Below are positions 26,640-40,475 of a stretch of 64,000 nucleotides of DNA, piece after piece. The stretch is from Euprymna scolopes (lineage: Eukaryota). Below the pieces are notes generated by a model. That model was not told the DNA's origin, did no database searches, and saw only the letters and a list, made by a program, of their open reading frames with translations. The stretch's first letter is position 1; each line of letters begins with the position of its first letter. Both the position numbers and the translations under genes were made by a program. The stretch is from the NCBI GenBank assembly GCA_053919585.1, contig CM132799.1. One strand, 5' to 3'.

Positions 26640-27189
26640 ACATAGAGGTTCTCTCTACCATGCTAGAAAGCTACTAATGCCCGAAAGTATCCTGTACCTC
26701 TATAAGGCCACCATTCGCCCATGTATGGAGTATTGTCATATTTGGGCTGATGCATCTGCTACTAGTCTCTCACTCTTAGACAAGGTTCAAAAAAGAGTTG
26801 CCAACCTAATAGGTTTTGAACTGTCATCCAAGCTTCAGCCTCTGTCCCATTGACGAAATGTAGAATCCCTCTGCCTGTTCTACAAGTACTTTAACGGTGA
26901 ATGTTCCAACGAACTGCACGCACTTGTACCCCCTCTGCGTAAATACCCCCGACAAACCTGACAAGCAGTAAAATCCCACCCCTTCACAGTAGAGATCCCT
27001 AGATGTAAGAGAGTTTTTCTGCTTCCCCAACTGTACTGACATGCAGAAGTTCAAATGTAACATGAACCGACATCTTGCTGCCCAACTACCCACCTAGTAC
27101 CCCTGAAGCTTGTGTCCCTAATAGTAGCCCCCTACATCAAAGTGGCAATGTGCCTTGTTTGGGGTGAAAATGTAATTAAAAAAAAAAAA
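26640..27189 (+). mobile_element. CR1/L2-like family B 3' fragment with poly(A)
   Basis: Homologous to 44612-45230 in reverse orientation, with an internal deletion near 27015 and an A tail at 27178-27189. Confidence 0.85.
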
Positions 27190-27236
27190 TCACCACTACT
27201 ACTTGAAAAAGTTAAGTACGAATTGTCTCCCTTTGT

Positions 27237-27271
<35 letters not shown>

Positions 27272-27348
27272 GATCATTGATACATGAATAATATCAACAA
27301 TCAACACTTTTGTTGAATTTGGAAGAAAACTAATGAGGTTTTTTGGGT

Positions 27349-27575
27349 TCTTTTTTTACATAAGAGTAACCACTGATCAAGGCCCGGAGGCCACTCGAGG
27401 ATAAGCGTTAATGGGTATACATTAGTCAACGTGTTTATAGCGTAGTAAACATAAGTAGTGGAATTTTTGTAAGTTGGATTACTTAGGGGGACGGTTCATC
27501 AAGAATTTATTTATGTTGGACTTGAAGACAATCAGATTGTAGTCAGCTGGAAAGCAGGCCAACGAAAGAGAGTTG
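27349..27575 (-). mobile_element. CR1/L2-like family A 3' UTR fragment
   Basis: tcaaggcccggaggccactcgaggataag is the reverse of the family A 3' stem; tagtcagctggaaagcagg is also shared. Confidence 0.8.
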
Positions 27576-27944
27576 AAAAATACAAATCTGCACATTTACA
27601 TTTGATTGGCTGTGGTGGGAGGCTCTATTTTGTGCACAACGGATGACATTGATTGGATTTGTGTCTTTCTATTTTTGTTAAAACTTTTGATGAAGGAAAC
27701 GGAATGCTTTGTGCATAATCGTTTTTTTTTCTTTTTTTTCTTTTCGTTTTCTCTTTATACCTTGTGGCAATGCAATCACTTATGCGAATTGTTGACATAT
27801 CTTGATTAAAATGTGCGTTGAGATTTTTGCAAAAGCCTCCAGAGAAAATAATCCATCAATGGTAAAAAAAAAAAAATCAATTCGTCAAAATTTAAAGTGA
27901 AACAAAACGTTCGCTAGATTACACCACTATTGGCATATGTTTGA

Positions 27945-28890
27945 TCATGGATAAAACCTTAAAATACATAAAATGGTGAGACCCTAATTTGGGAGCTTTG
28001 GGTAATGTGGATTTACGGTTTAGTTGTCATTTCTCTCGCCTTCACTTGTGAGTCGGCTAGTATCTGCCAGCATACCTTATGTAGGTGAAATATAATTTTT
28101 TCATCAGTAGAAGGTGTGATTCTGAATGGATTTCACACACAATAGTATCCCCCCCCTCCCCCAAGATTTTTATTTGTCGGGTTATCTCACAATCCTTTCT
28201 ACAATCCATATTTGGTTGGTTGGTTGTTATTTTCTTTCTTTACTTCCCTCCATTTTTCTGAATACTCGGTGACCCCTTTTAAACTGTGTAAAAGGGGCAA
28301 ACACCCAAATTTGTCGACGAAAATAAATAGATAAATAAACATACTACAAAGCTACGCCTACAAAAAATTCCACCCATAGATAAAACCTTAAAATACATAA
28401 AATGGTGAGACCCTAATTTGGGAGCTTTTAGGAATGTGGATTTACCGTTTAATTGTCATTACTCTCGCCTTCACTTGTGAGTTGGCTAGTACCTGCCAGC
28501 ATACCTTATGTAGGGAAAATATAATTTGTTCTGGGTATGACATAATACGTCGTGTAATAGTGAGACTCTAATTCGGGAACTTTGATGAGGGCAGTCAATT
28601 CATAATTAACATTTCTCCCAGGCTCAACTGGGCTCACAATATTAATATAGGGTGATTTCAGTACCACCATCACCAAAAATAAAATCACCCATAACATGGT
28701 AAATAAAATTCACAATCCTTTCTATAATCCAATTATATTTAGTAGAAATAAATTTCTGTCTATGTCTAATTTGTTCATGCTCAGACACTTTGGTGAACAT
28801 CTCATCAGTAGAAGGTACAATTCTAAATAGATTTCATACTCAGCAGCCCCCCCCCCTTCCCCCCCAAGATTTTTATCTATCAGGTTATCT
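27945..28890 (+). repeat. Mosaic local duplication of old SINE-like segments
   Basis: 27945-28100 repeats at 28375-28525; 28101-28190 repeats at 28803-28890. Confidence 0.8.
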
Positions 28891-29298
28891 GAAAGGTAAC
28901 ATTTATCAAAAACAATCCCCGGACCATTCCTGAACTGGAGATGGCATTCGCATCCAAAATCAGGAGAGTGTCAATAATAGAGGAGTATGTCAGAGTTATT
29001 GACACCTTTGCAAATTGCATCCACATGTGTTTATCACGAAATGTATGCGACACAAGGGTCGAGCTGGATATTGAGTGTGGACTTTATTTGAATGCTACAG
29101 GGATGTGCATGGAACTGTGCTGTTCTGCAGTGTCTACTGATCGCACAAAGAGCATTGAGGAATGCAGTGCAGTTGTATTGCCTGCAAATTTTTTTTATCT
29201 GGACACGTGTAAGATGACGAATAAAAATGTGCCACTGGATCTGATCCACAATGGCATCTTTTATGTTGTTGATTATTTGTGTATTGTATAGACTAAAA

Positions 29299-29545
29299 AT
29301 ATGGCATAATAATGTTGATACACTAGTTCTTGTCAGATCACCAAAGTTAAGCATCAATAAACCTGGCCAGTACCAGATGGGTGACCATTTGGGAATAGCA
29401 GGCGCTGTATGTGCCTTCTGCTTATCTTGGAATTGTTTTCAGTCGTCTGGAATTTTTACTTGCCACTGGAATAAAACAGTGCCGACTTGGGAAAGGTGTG
29501 GTTGGAGATTGTGCAACTCTTGCTGCAAAAGATTTCATGCACAAG
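29299..29545 (+). mobile_element. 5S-derived SINE, body type 1
   Basis: 5S-like head at 29299-29412. The body ctgcttatcttggaatt...acttgccactgg...aggtgtggttggagattg is shared with 8462-8760. Confidence 0.8.
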
Positions 29546-29918
29546 TCACAGCATCAGTAGTTATGTTCATGATCTTCATCGGCAATAATGAACGAATAGT
29601 TTTAATCGTATAGATTGATATTTCAGCATCAAATCGCACTTGTGTGATCGATCTTCTTGACGCTATCATATCAGATCTTCATGGCTGCATTTATAATCCT
29701 CTTCTGGTTGCTTGATGTAAGTTCCATGTGCACTTTCCGCTTAATTACGCTCTTTTTTTGACATCCGCATGGAAACAATGATTTAACCCTTAGCCATCAA
29801 AATCGGGTTCCCTTTGCTGATCAGGGCTAAGATCTGAAGGTGTTTGTAACATTCCGTTCTTGTGTGGTGCTGCCTCCAAAATGATTTAAAGAGCAGCTAA
29901 GTTAAGAACATTCTAAGT

Positions 29919-30492
29919 ATGTATACACCAAGTTTTTTTTTTCCTCCCAAGACTGAAAATAATCTGAATTACATCCACATATCAGTTTGTGATATTACCA
30001 CACTCATCACAAACATTGATGCAAGCAAAGCAACTGCTGCTGACAATATTCCAGTTATACTACTCAAAAAGCTGCAACCGGAAGTAGCACCCATTTTTGC
30101 AAAGCTGTTAAATCGATGCATAAACGAATATGCTTCCCAACATCTTGGGGAAACCTCATTAGTTTGCCCAGTATTTAAAAATAGTGGAGATCGGTCTTCT
30201 GCATGTCAGTACAGACCAATTAATCAATTAATGTATTGTAAGTAAGTTGTTTGAATCCATGTTAAATAGAGAAATTTTCAACCACCTCGGCAAAAGCAAA
30301 CCTACTCAGTTACAATCCAATGTAAACAAATTCTTGTTGAGTCCTCCCACCTAAATAATCCATTCCTACCCTATTTCCACCACTAAGTATTATTATGATA
30401 TCTCGGTGACTACCGTACACTCATTAACACTCATCCTCGAGTGGCCTTCAAGCCCTGATAAGTGGTGACTTCCATGTAGAAAAGAAAAAAAA
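29919..30492 (+). mobile_element. Internally deleted CR1/L2-like LINE (RT N-terminal part joined to a family A-like 3' UTR)
   Basis: IDASKATAADNIPVILLK...LVCPVFKNSGDRSS..QYRPI is a typical pre-RT motif. At about 30310 it jumps to ctcgagtggcc..gataagtggtga plus an A tail. Confidence 0.8.
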
Positions 30493-31482
30493 GATTTTTT
30501 TGCAAAAGTCTATGTGCTACTTCCGGATATTAGAACTAATGTAACAATGACTTCAAAGATTTCAGTTCCGTCTTGTTTTCGGTTTATTCAGTCCAGACTT
30601 TGTTGATTTGTATATTTAATTTACATTCTTTCTGCAGTTCTTCAATGTAACTTCTGAGAGGAGTAAATGCATTGAAATCTTTGAGACAGATTCCGTTTAC
30701 GAAAGGGATATTTCAGGGATGTGAGTTCTATACCTTTTTAACGGAATCGTTTTTGTATATCATAAAAAGTGGAATTGCGTTTTGTTTTTGTGTGTGTGTG
30801 TTTTTTTTTTATGAGAAAAGTTCAAATCGCTTGAGTTTATGCCGTTATTTTCAACCTTTTTGGCTTAACTTTCTTTCTCTCTTCCTCTCCCTTTCTCTCT
30901 TTATCTTTTTCTTTACTTTTTTCTCTACCTCTTCCTCTCTCCATTATGTTATATCTTGCCTTGTTTTGCCTCCTTTTCCCCTCAGTCTAAAAATCTTAAT
31001 TTTGACATGGTTCAAACGAGTCATTGGTAGGGTAGAGGGGAGACTTTTGTTTCATTAATGAATGCCTTCCTGTCTCCCTTATAATGTATCAATCAATTCT
31101 TGCAGTATGAAATAAAAAAGTGAATTATATACAAATACATAATTAAATACAAACACAAAAAGTGAAATAAAAAGAAGTATTGTAGATTAACACCCTTTGC
31201 AAAATCCACCCAACCCCAAAATGAAATTCTTCCTTTTTTTATAGCCGATTGTAAGTGAAGCACTCTGGCTCTCTAGGTAGGTTGTGGGGGCCGTGGCTCC
31301 TCAAGTTAGGAAATTCATTTCAATTTCAGATTTTTTGTCTATTAACTACTCCAATCTCAACATTTTTTATTGCTGATTCTGTATAATATACTGTCTTTTA
31401 CTTGTGTTCTAAAAAAAATCCCAATTCCATTTAAAGGGTTTAAATCTTTAACTTGGGTGATTCTGCTTGTTGCACTTTAATT

Positions 31483-31676
31483 TGCAACATGTGTAACATG
31501 TGCAACACATGTAGCATGTGCAACATGTGTAACACATGTAACATGTGCAACACATGTAACATGTGCAACATATGCAACACGTGTAACATGTGTAACATGT
31601 GCAACACATGTAGCATGTGCAACATGTGTAACACATGTAACCTGTGCAACATATGCAACACGTGTAACATGTGTAA
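31483..31676. repeat. 9-bp tandem repeat (TGYAACAYR)n rich in ACATGT palindromes
   Basis: Direct inspection. Confidence 0.95.
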
Positions 31677-31949
31677 GGCTGGTGCTTGCGTTTCAATTGA
31701 CTGATTATTTATGTGAATTTTACATGCATGAACGACGTGATATGTGCAAGATGATGAAGATTTTATAAACTGTTGCATTTTAAGTTTCAATATAAAAAAA
31801 TGTAGCAACTGATAATTGTCGTATGCAAACAAACAAGTATATTGTGATGATGATGCATTCAAAAAGTTCATTCAGAAAAACATCTCTTAAAAATTTTAAA
31901 TATTCAACGAGATGAACGAGTGAGGGCTTTTACTTATTTTACTTTTTTC

Positions 31950-34440
31950 TTCTTTCTAATCTATCTTTCTTTCTTTCTAATCTTTCTTTCTTTCTTTCTA
32001 ATCTTTCTTTCTTTCTAATCTATCTTTCTTTCTAATCTATCTTTCTTTCTAATCTTTCTTTCTTTCTAATCTTTCTTTCTTTCTAATCTATCTTTCTTTC
32101 TAATCTATCTTTCTTTCTAATCTTTCTTTCTTTCTAATCTTTCTTTCTTTCTAATCTATCTTTCTTTCTAATCTATCTTTCTTTCTAATCTATCTTTCTT
32201 TCTAATCTATCTTTCTTTCTAATCTTTCTAATCTTTCTTTCTTTCTAATCTATCTTTCTTTCTAATCTATCTTTCTTTCTAATCTATCTTTCTTTCTAAT
32301 CTATCTTTCTTTCTAATCTATCTTTCTTTCTAATCTATCTTTCTTTCTAATCTATCTTTCTTTCTAATCTATCTTTCTTTCTAATCTTTATTTCTAATCT
32401 TTCTTTCTAATCTTTCTTTCTTTCTAACTATCTTTCTTTCTAATCTTTCTTTCTTTCTAATCTTTCTTTCTTTCTAATCTATCTTTCTTTCTAATCTATC
32501 TTTCTTTCTAATCTTTCTTTCTTTCTAATCTATCTTTCTTTCTAATCTTTCTTTCTTTCTAATCTATCTTTCTTTCTAATCTTTCTTTCTTTCTAATCTA
32601 TCTTTCTTTCTAATCTATCTTTCTTTCTAATCTATCTTTCTTTCTAATCTATCTTTCTTTCTAATCTTTCTTTCTTTCTAATCTTTCTTTCTTTCTAATC
32701 TTTCTTTCTTTCTAATCTTTCTTTCTTTCTAATCTTTCTTTCTTTCTAATCTTTCTTTCTTTCTAATCTTTCTTTTTAATCTTTCTTTCTTTCTAATCTT
32801 TCTTTCTAATCTATCTTTCTTTCTAATCTATCTTTCTTTCTTTCTAATCTATCTTTCTTTCTTTCTTTCTAATCTATCTTTCTTTCTAATCTATCTTTCT
32901 TTCTAATCTTTCTTTCTTTCTAATCTTTCTTTCTTTCTTTCTAATCTTTCTTTCTTTCTAATCTATCTTTCTTTCTAATCTTTCTTTCTTTCTAATCTTT
33001 CTTTCTTTCTAATCTATCTTTCTTTCTAATCTATCTTTCTTTCTAATCTTTCTTTCTTTCTAATCTATCTTTCTTTCTAATCTTTCTTTCTTTCTAATCT
33101 TTCTTTCTAATCTATCTTTCTTTCTAATCTATCTTTCTTTCTAATCTATCTTTCTTTCTAATCTATCTTTCTTTCTAATCTATCTTTATTTCTAATCTAT
33201 CTTTCTTTCTAATCTATCTTTCTTTCTTTCTTTCTAATCTTTCTTTCTTTCTAATCTTTCTTTCTTTCTAATCTTTCTTTCTTTCTAATCTTTCTTTCTT
33301 TCTTTCTTTCTAATCTTTCTTTCTTTCTAATCTTTCTTTCTTTCTAATCTTTCTTTCTTTCTAATCTATCTTTCTTTCTAATCTATCTTTCTTTCTAATC
33401 TATCTTTCTTTCTAATCTATCTTTATTTCTAATCTTTATTTCTTTCTAATCTATCTTTCTTTCTAATCTATCTTTCTTTCTAATCTATCTTTCTTTCTTT
33501 TCTATCTTTCTTTCTAATCTATCTTTCTTTCTAATCTATCTTTCTTTCTAATCTATCTTTCTTTCTAATCTTTCTTTCTTTCTAATCTATCTTTCTTTCT
33601 AATCTATCTTTCTTTCTAATCTTTCTTTCTAATCTTTCTTTCTTTCTAATCTTTCTTTCTTTCTAATCTTTCTTTCTTTCTAATCTTTCTTTCTTTCTAA
33701 TCTTTCTTTCTTTCTAATCTATCTTTCTTTCTAATCTATCTTTCTTTCTTTCTTTCTAATCTTTCTTTCTTTCTAATCTTTCTTTCTTTCTTTCTTTCTA
33801 ATCTATCTTTCTTTCTAATCTTTCTTTCTTTCTAATCTTTCTTTCTAATCTTTCTTTCTTTCTAATCTATCTTTCTTTCTAATCTATCTTTCTTTCTAAT
33901 CTATCTTTCTTTCTAATCTATCTTTCTTTCTAATCTTTCTTTCTTTCTAATCTTTCTTTCTTTCTAATCTATCTTTCTTTCTAATCTTTCTTTCTTTCTA
34001 ATCTTTCTTTCTTTCTAATCTATCTTTCTTTCTAATCTTTCTTTCTTTCTAATCTTTCTTTCTTTCTAATCTATCTTTCTTTCTAATCTATCTTTCTTTC
34101 TAATCTTTCTTTCTTTCTTTTATTCTAACCTTTCTTTCTTTCTTTCTTTCTAATCTTTCTTTCTTTCTTTCTAATCTTTCTTTCTTTCTTTCTAATCTTT
34201 CTTTCTTTCTTTCTAATCTTTCTTTCTTTCTAATCTTTCTTTCTTTCTAATCCATCTTTCTTTCTAATCTTTCTTTCTTTCTAATCTATCTTTCTTTCTA
34301 ATCTATCTTTCTTTCTAATCTATCTTTCTTTCTTTCTAATCTTTCTTTCTTTCTAATCTATCTTTCTTTCTTTCTTTCTAATCTATCTTTCTTTCTTTCT
34401 AATCTATCTTTCTTTCTTTCTAATCTATCTTTTCTTTTTA
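31950..34440. repeat. About 2.5-kb simple satellite, mainly 17-bp units TCTAATCT(A/T)TCTTTCTT
   Basis: Direct inspection; the + strand is essentially G-free. Confidence 0.97.
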
Positions 34441-35762
34441 TCTAATTTATCCTTTCCAACTAATTTATCTTTTCTTTCTTTCTACTCTTCTTCTAATATT
34501 CTTTCTCTTCTTCTTCTAATCTTCTTCTAATCCATCTATCTATCTTCTTCTAATATATTAAAATGCTAACGATTTTTCTCCCTCTACAAAAAGACATATC
34601 TTGGAAAATACAGAACACGTAAAAATTCAGTATGCTTCACTAGATGCCAGTATTTGCCGCATGTCTTCCGGATATCATCATTCATTTTAATCCACTAACG
34701 TACCTTCCTATATTTGTTCCGACAAAATTAACTCTCCCACACATTACATATGGAAAGGCGGTAGTTCGCTACTTACTCCCTAATTATTTTCTCCTCCCAC
34801 CTTCCCATCATACACCGAGGCAATTCCATTTCATTTCCTTCTTCGTATTTTCCTAATGACATCACAACTTATTCTACATGTAAATAATTACCGGCCCCTT
34901 CCAAATTTTCTGATTTTTTTTCTAGCAATTTCATTGGTTGATTTCTTATATTCCGCTAATTCATAGTTCTTTCGATCTTCCAATATTTACTAACGATTAC
35001 GTCGCCTAGTTTAATATAAAAACAACGAAAATAGTTTTGAATTTTCCTGCTGATTGCATTCAGTGAAGATGTCCTTTAGGATTGAATAACACCTGGCAAC
35101 AAGAGTCAGTGTTCCATGGCAACGGGTTGAGGGGAGGTATGGAGCGATTGGGGTGAATCCTGTTTAAGGTTGACTCGATTCCTTTAATTCTGACATTAAA
35201 AGAAAGAGGGAGTGGGAAGAGGGGTGAGATAATATCTGGTTTGTAGATTTGACAATTTTTGAACGAATTCCAAAACTCAAAATGAAGCTTTCTTGGAGAA
35301 GTTTAGGCTGGAACATTTCCAGGCGAACAAGAGCGTTTGACTTGAAGATTTTCGTGAACAGACGAAAATGTCTCATGTTAATGGAGTATAATAACTTTGG
35401 AAAAAATGCTGAGAGATGAAGCAGTGGTAAGGGAGAATGAGAAATGTTGAGAGTGTGTGATACGTCGAGGGAGGGAGAGAGAGAGAGAGAGAGGAATAGA
35501 TCTTGTGAGGGAGATTTACTGAGAGGAAGTGAAAGAAGGGAGAGATGGAAAGATCTTGATTAAGGGATATGGAAATAGAGAGACGAGGGTTATTTTGAGA
35601 AAAAAAAAAAAGATGTGTGTGAGAGAGAAGGTTGGGAAAGCTGTTTAAAAATGGAAAGATATTGAAAAATGTTCAGTGGGAATGACAGCAATGGATGGAT
35701 AAATATAGAAAGAATTGAAATGAAAAAGTTATAGAGAAGATATATCATACCAAGTGGTCGTT

Positions 35763-36085
35763 TGAGCTTCAATCTATGGTCCCTCTCCCCGATGCCAAAC
35801 GTTCACAAAACGCACTCATTTAGCTACAACCACTATCAACAATTTCCCCTATTCTCTATCTGTGTCTAAATCTAGACGCAAATTTCATGAACAAAACTTT
35901 TTTTCCTAGAACTGCCCGCCTGTGGAACTCTGTTCCGCTGGCCTACTTTCCAACTGACTACAACATGGTAATTTTTAAGTCTAATAATTTCGAATACTAA
36001 CGATCACTATACTGTTGTCCTAGTGATCACCGTTCTCATTAAGCCTTATCCTCGAGTGGCCTTCGGGCCTTGATAAGTGGCGACA
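35763..36085 (+). mobile_element. CR1/L2-like family A 3' fragment
   Basis: tgagcttcaatctatggtccc...ccttatcctcgagtggccttcgggccttgataagtgg. Confidence 0.8.
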
Positions 36086-36387
36086 AGAGAAACATGTATA
36101 AAGGTATATATGAATTTATTTGTCAGTTCAATAAGGAAAACATCAAAAAGAAAGCCTAATGCTTCTCATCAGAAGAGAAAGGAGATAATTAACAGATATC
36201 TAGCTTAGGGTACATTAGGATGGAAATGTTAAATAGAACATTGAAATAAGATAGATGAATTATAGAACATAAGGATTAAGGGAAAAAAACAAAAAGTAAG
36301 GAGATAGAACGACTGTTAATCTAATTAGATGCCGAAATGCTGAGATGTAAAAAGTGTTTATAATCCCTCTTTCTTCCTGATGTTTTG

Positions 36388-36659
36388 GCCCTGGATATGA
36401 CCTTAAACTATATCCAGTAGTGAGGCCCCAGCTTGCGGGCTTTGGGGAGTGTGGAGCCACCCTTTAATTGCCATTGCTCCCAGGTTCACTCTGACCCGGA
36501 GTGGTAGTATCTGTTAGGGTCCCAACTATGGGTTGAATAGAAACCGACTTGAAAGCAACAAATATATTCTATTAAAAAATTTTTCTTCAAAATCTTTGAA
36601 TTCGGCATTAAATAACCCAAAAAGGGTTGATATGCCGTAAAACAAAAACAACCAACCAA
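36388..36659 (+). mobile_element. SINE-like repeat with (CAAC)n tail
   Basis: Near-identical to 12893-13169. Confidence 0.8.
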
Positions 36660-36963
36660 TCCTGATGTTTTTCCTTTTGGAATCGTATGGTGAAATCGCC
36701 GTATGGCAGGACTTCAGCAAAATTTTGTACGGTATATTATACACATGTATGTAATCAAATAACATTATAAATAACACCGTAAGGTGCCAAGGCGGAGCAA
36801 ATACCGTAACCAAGGGCCAAAAAAACATTGTATTCCACGCCGTAAGCTGAAAAGAACCGTATCTCGGGGTTACTATATCCCTATATTTATCCTATTTTTG
36901 TTTCAAATTGCGCGCGTGTGCGCGCCCCTCTTCCACACACACATATATATATATACATACACA

Positions 36964-37194
36964 CAGGGTGTCCATAAAGTTACTATACAGTATTACAAGT
37001 TACTATACAGACACCCTGTAATATGTTAACAGTACAGTAAGATATTGTATTAAAATATTTATTTGTAACAAAATAAATAAAAAGAAATAACACCTTTATG
37101 CTTGATTAAATAAACCTGTAAAAAAAATAAATATTAACTATTAATACAAATATAATACAATAAAACAATAAGACTGTATAGTAACTTTACGGAC

Positions 37195-37200
<6 letters not shown>
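36964..37200. mobile_element. Tc1/mariner-type MITE
   Basis: TIRs cagggtgtccataaagttactatacag / ctgtatagtaactttacggacacccta, followed by (TA)n. Confidence 0.75.
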
Positions 37201-37243
<43 letters not shown>

Positions 37244-37789
37244 TTTTTTTCAATTATTATATTTCACTTTTTTAATATACTAATCTTTAATTTCTGAAGC
37301 TCAATGTAATTACAGAGCATATAACAAATAAATGACAAATGTCTACATCCCAAATTTCATGATTCATGATGTTGACCATCTTATAATTTATTCCTTTAAT
37401 TACATTGACATCTATAATGCTTGACAACAACTGTTTCGTAGCGCAAAATCATTCGTTTAATTATTATGTCAACCAATGAATCTATTTTGCCCTTAACTCA
37501 TCAGAAGAAACAGCAACTATCAATCCACCAAATTTTAGGCATAAAGACAGTCAGATTCTCAATTTTTTATCATCGATATGTTCCTTCTTACAAAATCAAT
37601 ATTTTATTCTGAATAGCCATTTTATTTTGTTGAACGTTGTTCATGTTAAGAACAATAATATGTAATTAACGTTAATTCCTCCTGGGAAATAATTTACCCT
37701 GTTGGATTTATTTTCGTATCGCGGACATTTTTTTTAGAAGGGAGATAACTCTGTGTTTGTCTATTACAGACTTCTCTCTCTTTGTAATT

Positions 37790-39722
37790 TATAAAAGGCT
37801 TGTCTGTCTGTTTCCTTATTTCCAAACTCTATCTCCTCCGAAACTAAAAGTCGCAGAGTGGCGCTAGAGGGAGCCTCAAATGATTAGATTTTTTTTTTTT
37901 TTTTTTTACGGACCATTCTTTTATGAGTTGTTAGCTTGTTAAAATAGTTTTTAAGAGGTCAAAAATGGGGCAATTTTTTTTTTTAAAGTCGTTATATATT
38001 TTGTACATTTATTTTAGTTTATTTTTAATTTTTAATCAGTTCATATGCGTCTCGCGTTCGTACGATGTTAACGTCACCAGCTTTGAATGCTACAGTTTTG
38101 CTTTCGGTTTCGATTCTAGCTGATGGCACCCAAATACTTTTGTTTTAGTTTTGAAATCACGACTCTGTAATAATATATACGAAATCTGGACAAATTAAAA
38201 TATATTTAAGCGTATTTTACGCCCAGGCAAAGCCTGACCCCCCCCCCCGGATAATAAAATAAAATTTAGAAAAATGCATCGTTTTAGAAAATAAATACAA
38301 ATTGCAAATAAATGTATCAATGGGCAAAACTTGCCAGATACAACAAGTATCTTGTTCTGGTGGTTAAGTTCCTCTTCCATAATCATATATATATTCTTCT
38401 ACAACTACATTACACACGATGCTTGGATAGGTACGTTTCGTTTTGATCAAAAGGATACAACATTTATGGTGTTTGCGTTTACATCCATGAAAAAGAAATG
38501 CAACGTTTTACTTCATTTTATTTTTAATTTGAAAATTTTACAAATGATAAAAATATGGCAGTTCGGAATCATAACTCATTGTTTTAGGGGAGGTAAATCT
38601 ATTTTACTTAGATTTTTAAGAAAAAAATTTTTTTTTTTTCCAACGACCTTATTTAATTCAACAAAGAATGGTCCGTAAAAAAAAAAAAATCTAAATAGCA
38701 AAACAAAAAAGCTATGATATTGTAATTTTTCTTAAAATTGTCAGAAAAAAATGATTTTTTTTTTTTTTTTTTTTAAATTACTTTAGTAAAATAGACCTCA
38801 CTTAGAGCAATGATTTGAGATTCCGAATTGCCAAAATAAAAACAGAAATATTAAAGTTTGGGTTTGTATTACTGTACACATAGATTCGAAAAAGTTGTCA
38901 AAAAAAACAAATATATAACAAATAAATGTTATCAAAGGCAAGATAAGTTACTTTTCTACCTAACTGGATATATATTTTGTGTTTTTATTCAATGTAACAT
39001 GTTTATTCAGCTCGAAAAACATGCAGTGTTTACCGATGTATTGGAAAATTCAAAATGGCGCCCGACTGTCTCTTTAACACGGTAAGTTTGGGAAAAGATG
39101 TTATAAATAATAAACTAGACCAAATACTATTAAAAATCAACCGAATATATGTCAACTTATGTCACGGTAACATATATTGAGCGAATTTCTAACAGTCTTT
39201 TGTCTAGTTTGTCCCAAACTTACCCTTTCCGAGAGAGAGTCGGCCGCCATTTTGAATTTTCCAATACATCGGTAAACACTGCATGTTTTTCGAGCTGAAT
39301 AAACATGTTACATTAAATATAAACACTAAAAACATCTAGTTAGGTAGAAAAGTAACTTATCTTGCCTTTGATAACATTTATTTGTTCTATATTTGTTTTT
39401 TGACAACTTTTTCGAATCTGTGTACAGTAATACAAACCCTAAAGTTTTTTTTTTTTTTAAGCGGAAATCCCTATTGATTGTTAGAAAACACTGGGCGTTC
39501 CTTTATGAGAATGATGGTTGTGATAAAGACTATAAATTTATTTCTATTAATGTCATTTTAATATCACCTCTCATGCGACCGTCCTTGGGCCCCACCGTAA
39601 AATTTGAATATTATAAAATGTAAAATCTACGAATACAAAAGAGGATATGGTGTTACTGTTATGAACCAAAGGACATAAGGGTTCCTCGTTTGATCCCGGG
39701 CAACGCTGGGTATTGTCAGTAG
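37790..39722 (+). mobile_element. Non-autonomous Helitron-like element hosting nested insertions
   Basis: 5' tataaaaggcttgtctgtctg and 3' cccgggcaacgctgggtattgtcagtag. Confidence 0.5.
38860..39439. mobile_element. 580-bp MITE with ~230-bp TIRs and 8-bp TSD
   Basis: GGGTTTGTATTACTGTACACA ... TGTGTACAGTAATACAAACCC. TSD TAAAGTTT at 38852-38859 and 39440-39447. Confidence 0.9.
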
Positions 39723-39822
39723 AAACAAGAAGAGTGGAAACTTGAATGTGTACGTGTCACCTGGGTGTGTGCACGGAGCTGTGAAACAATTCATTCAGCT
39801 TTCTCTCCAACAAGACGAGAAA

Positions 39823-39862
<40 letters not shown>

Positions 39863-40428
39863 CTGACGTAAGGAACGACGGAAGAAACTACGCGCTGATA
39901 ACTTTAGATGTAAATGTCCATTAATAACCACAACTTTTGAATGTACAGAATAAATGAAATCGAATAAAAAGCGAAAGACTATTTTATCGGGAGACAGGTT
40001 TTAACAAAAGGATTAAAAAAAATTACTATATAAAAAAAAAAAAAAAAGAAAAAAAAAAAGAAACGAAACTTATTTTCTGGCCAACCAACTGCGTCGTTGT
40101 TTGTGATTCTACAAGTCGAACCGCGCGCGTGCGTGGGCGTGCATTTCCCCCCCCCCCCCGTTGCTCCTATTATTTTAAAGAAATTCAAGTGTTCATTGAA
40201 TAAGTAGACATTTAAATGCTACGTAGCAAGCAGGTGCGTAGGATGTAGAATGTGGAATTAAAGTTGCAGATTCAAGCACTACGAAGGAAGCACACAATGT
40301 CGTTGTAAATTGAAAAATAAAACCAAATAATTAAAAATTGAATTTAAATAAAAATTAAGACATTAATAAATATCATTGTCTAAAAATGAATAATTGTTAT
40401 GAGTTAATCAACGTTTGTTTACCTAAGG

Positions 40429-40475
<47 letters not shown>

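Noticed and set aside
31440-31871. Cys-rich and His-rich ORFs resembling metallothionein or His-rich proteins
   Set aside because: Produced by a stop-free 9-bp tandem repeat open on both strands; no supporting splice context.
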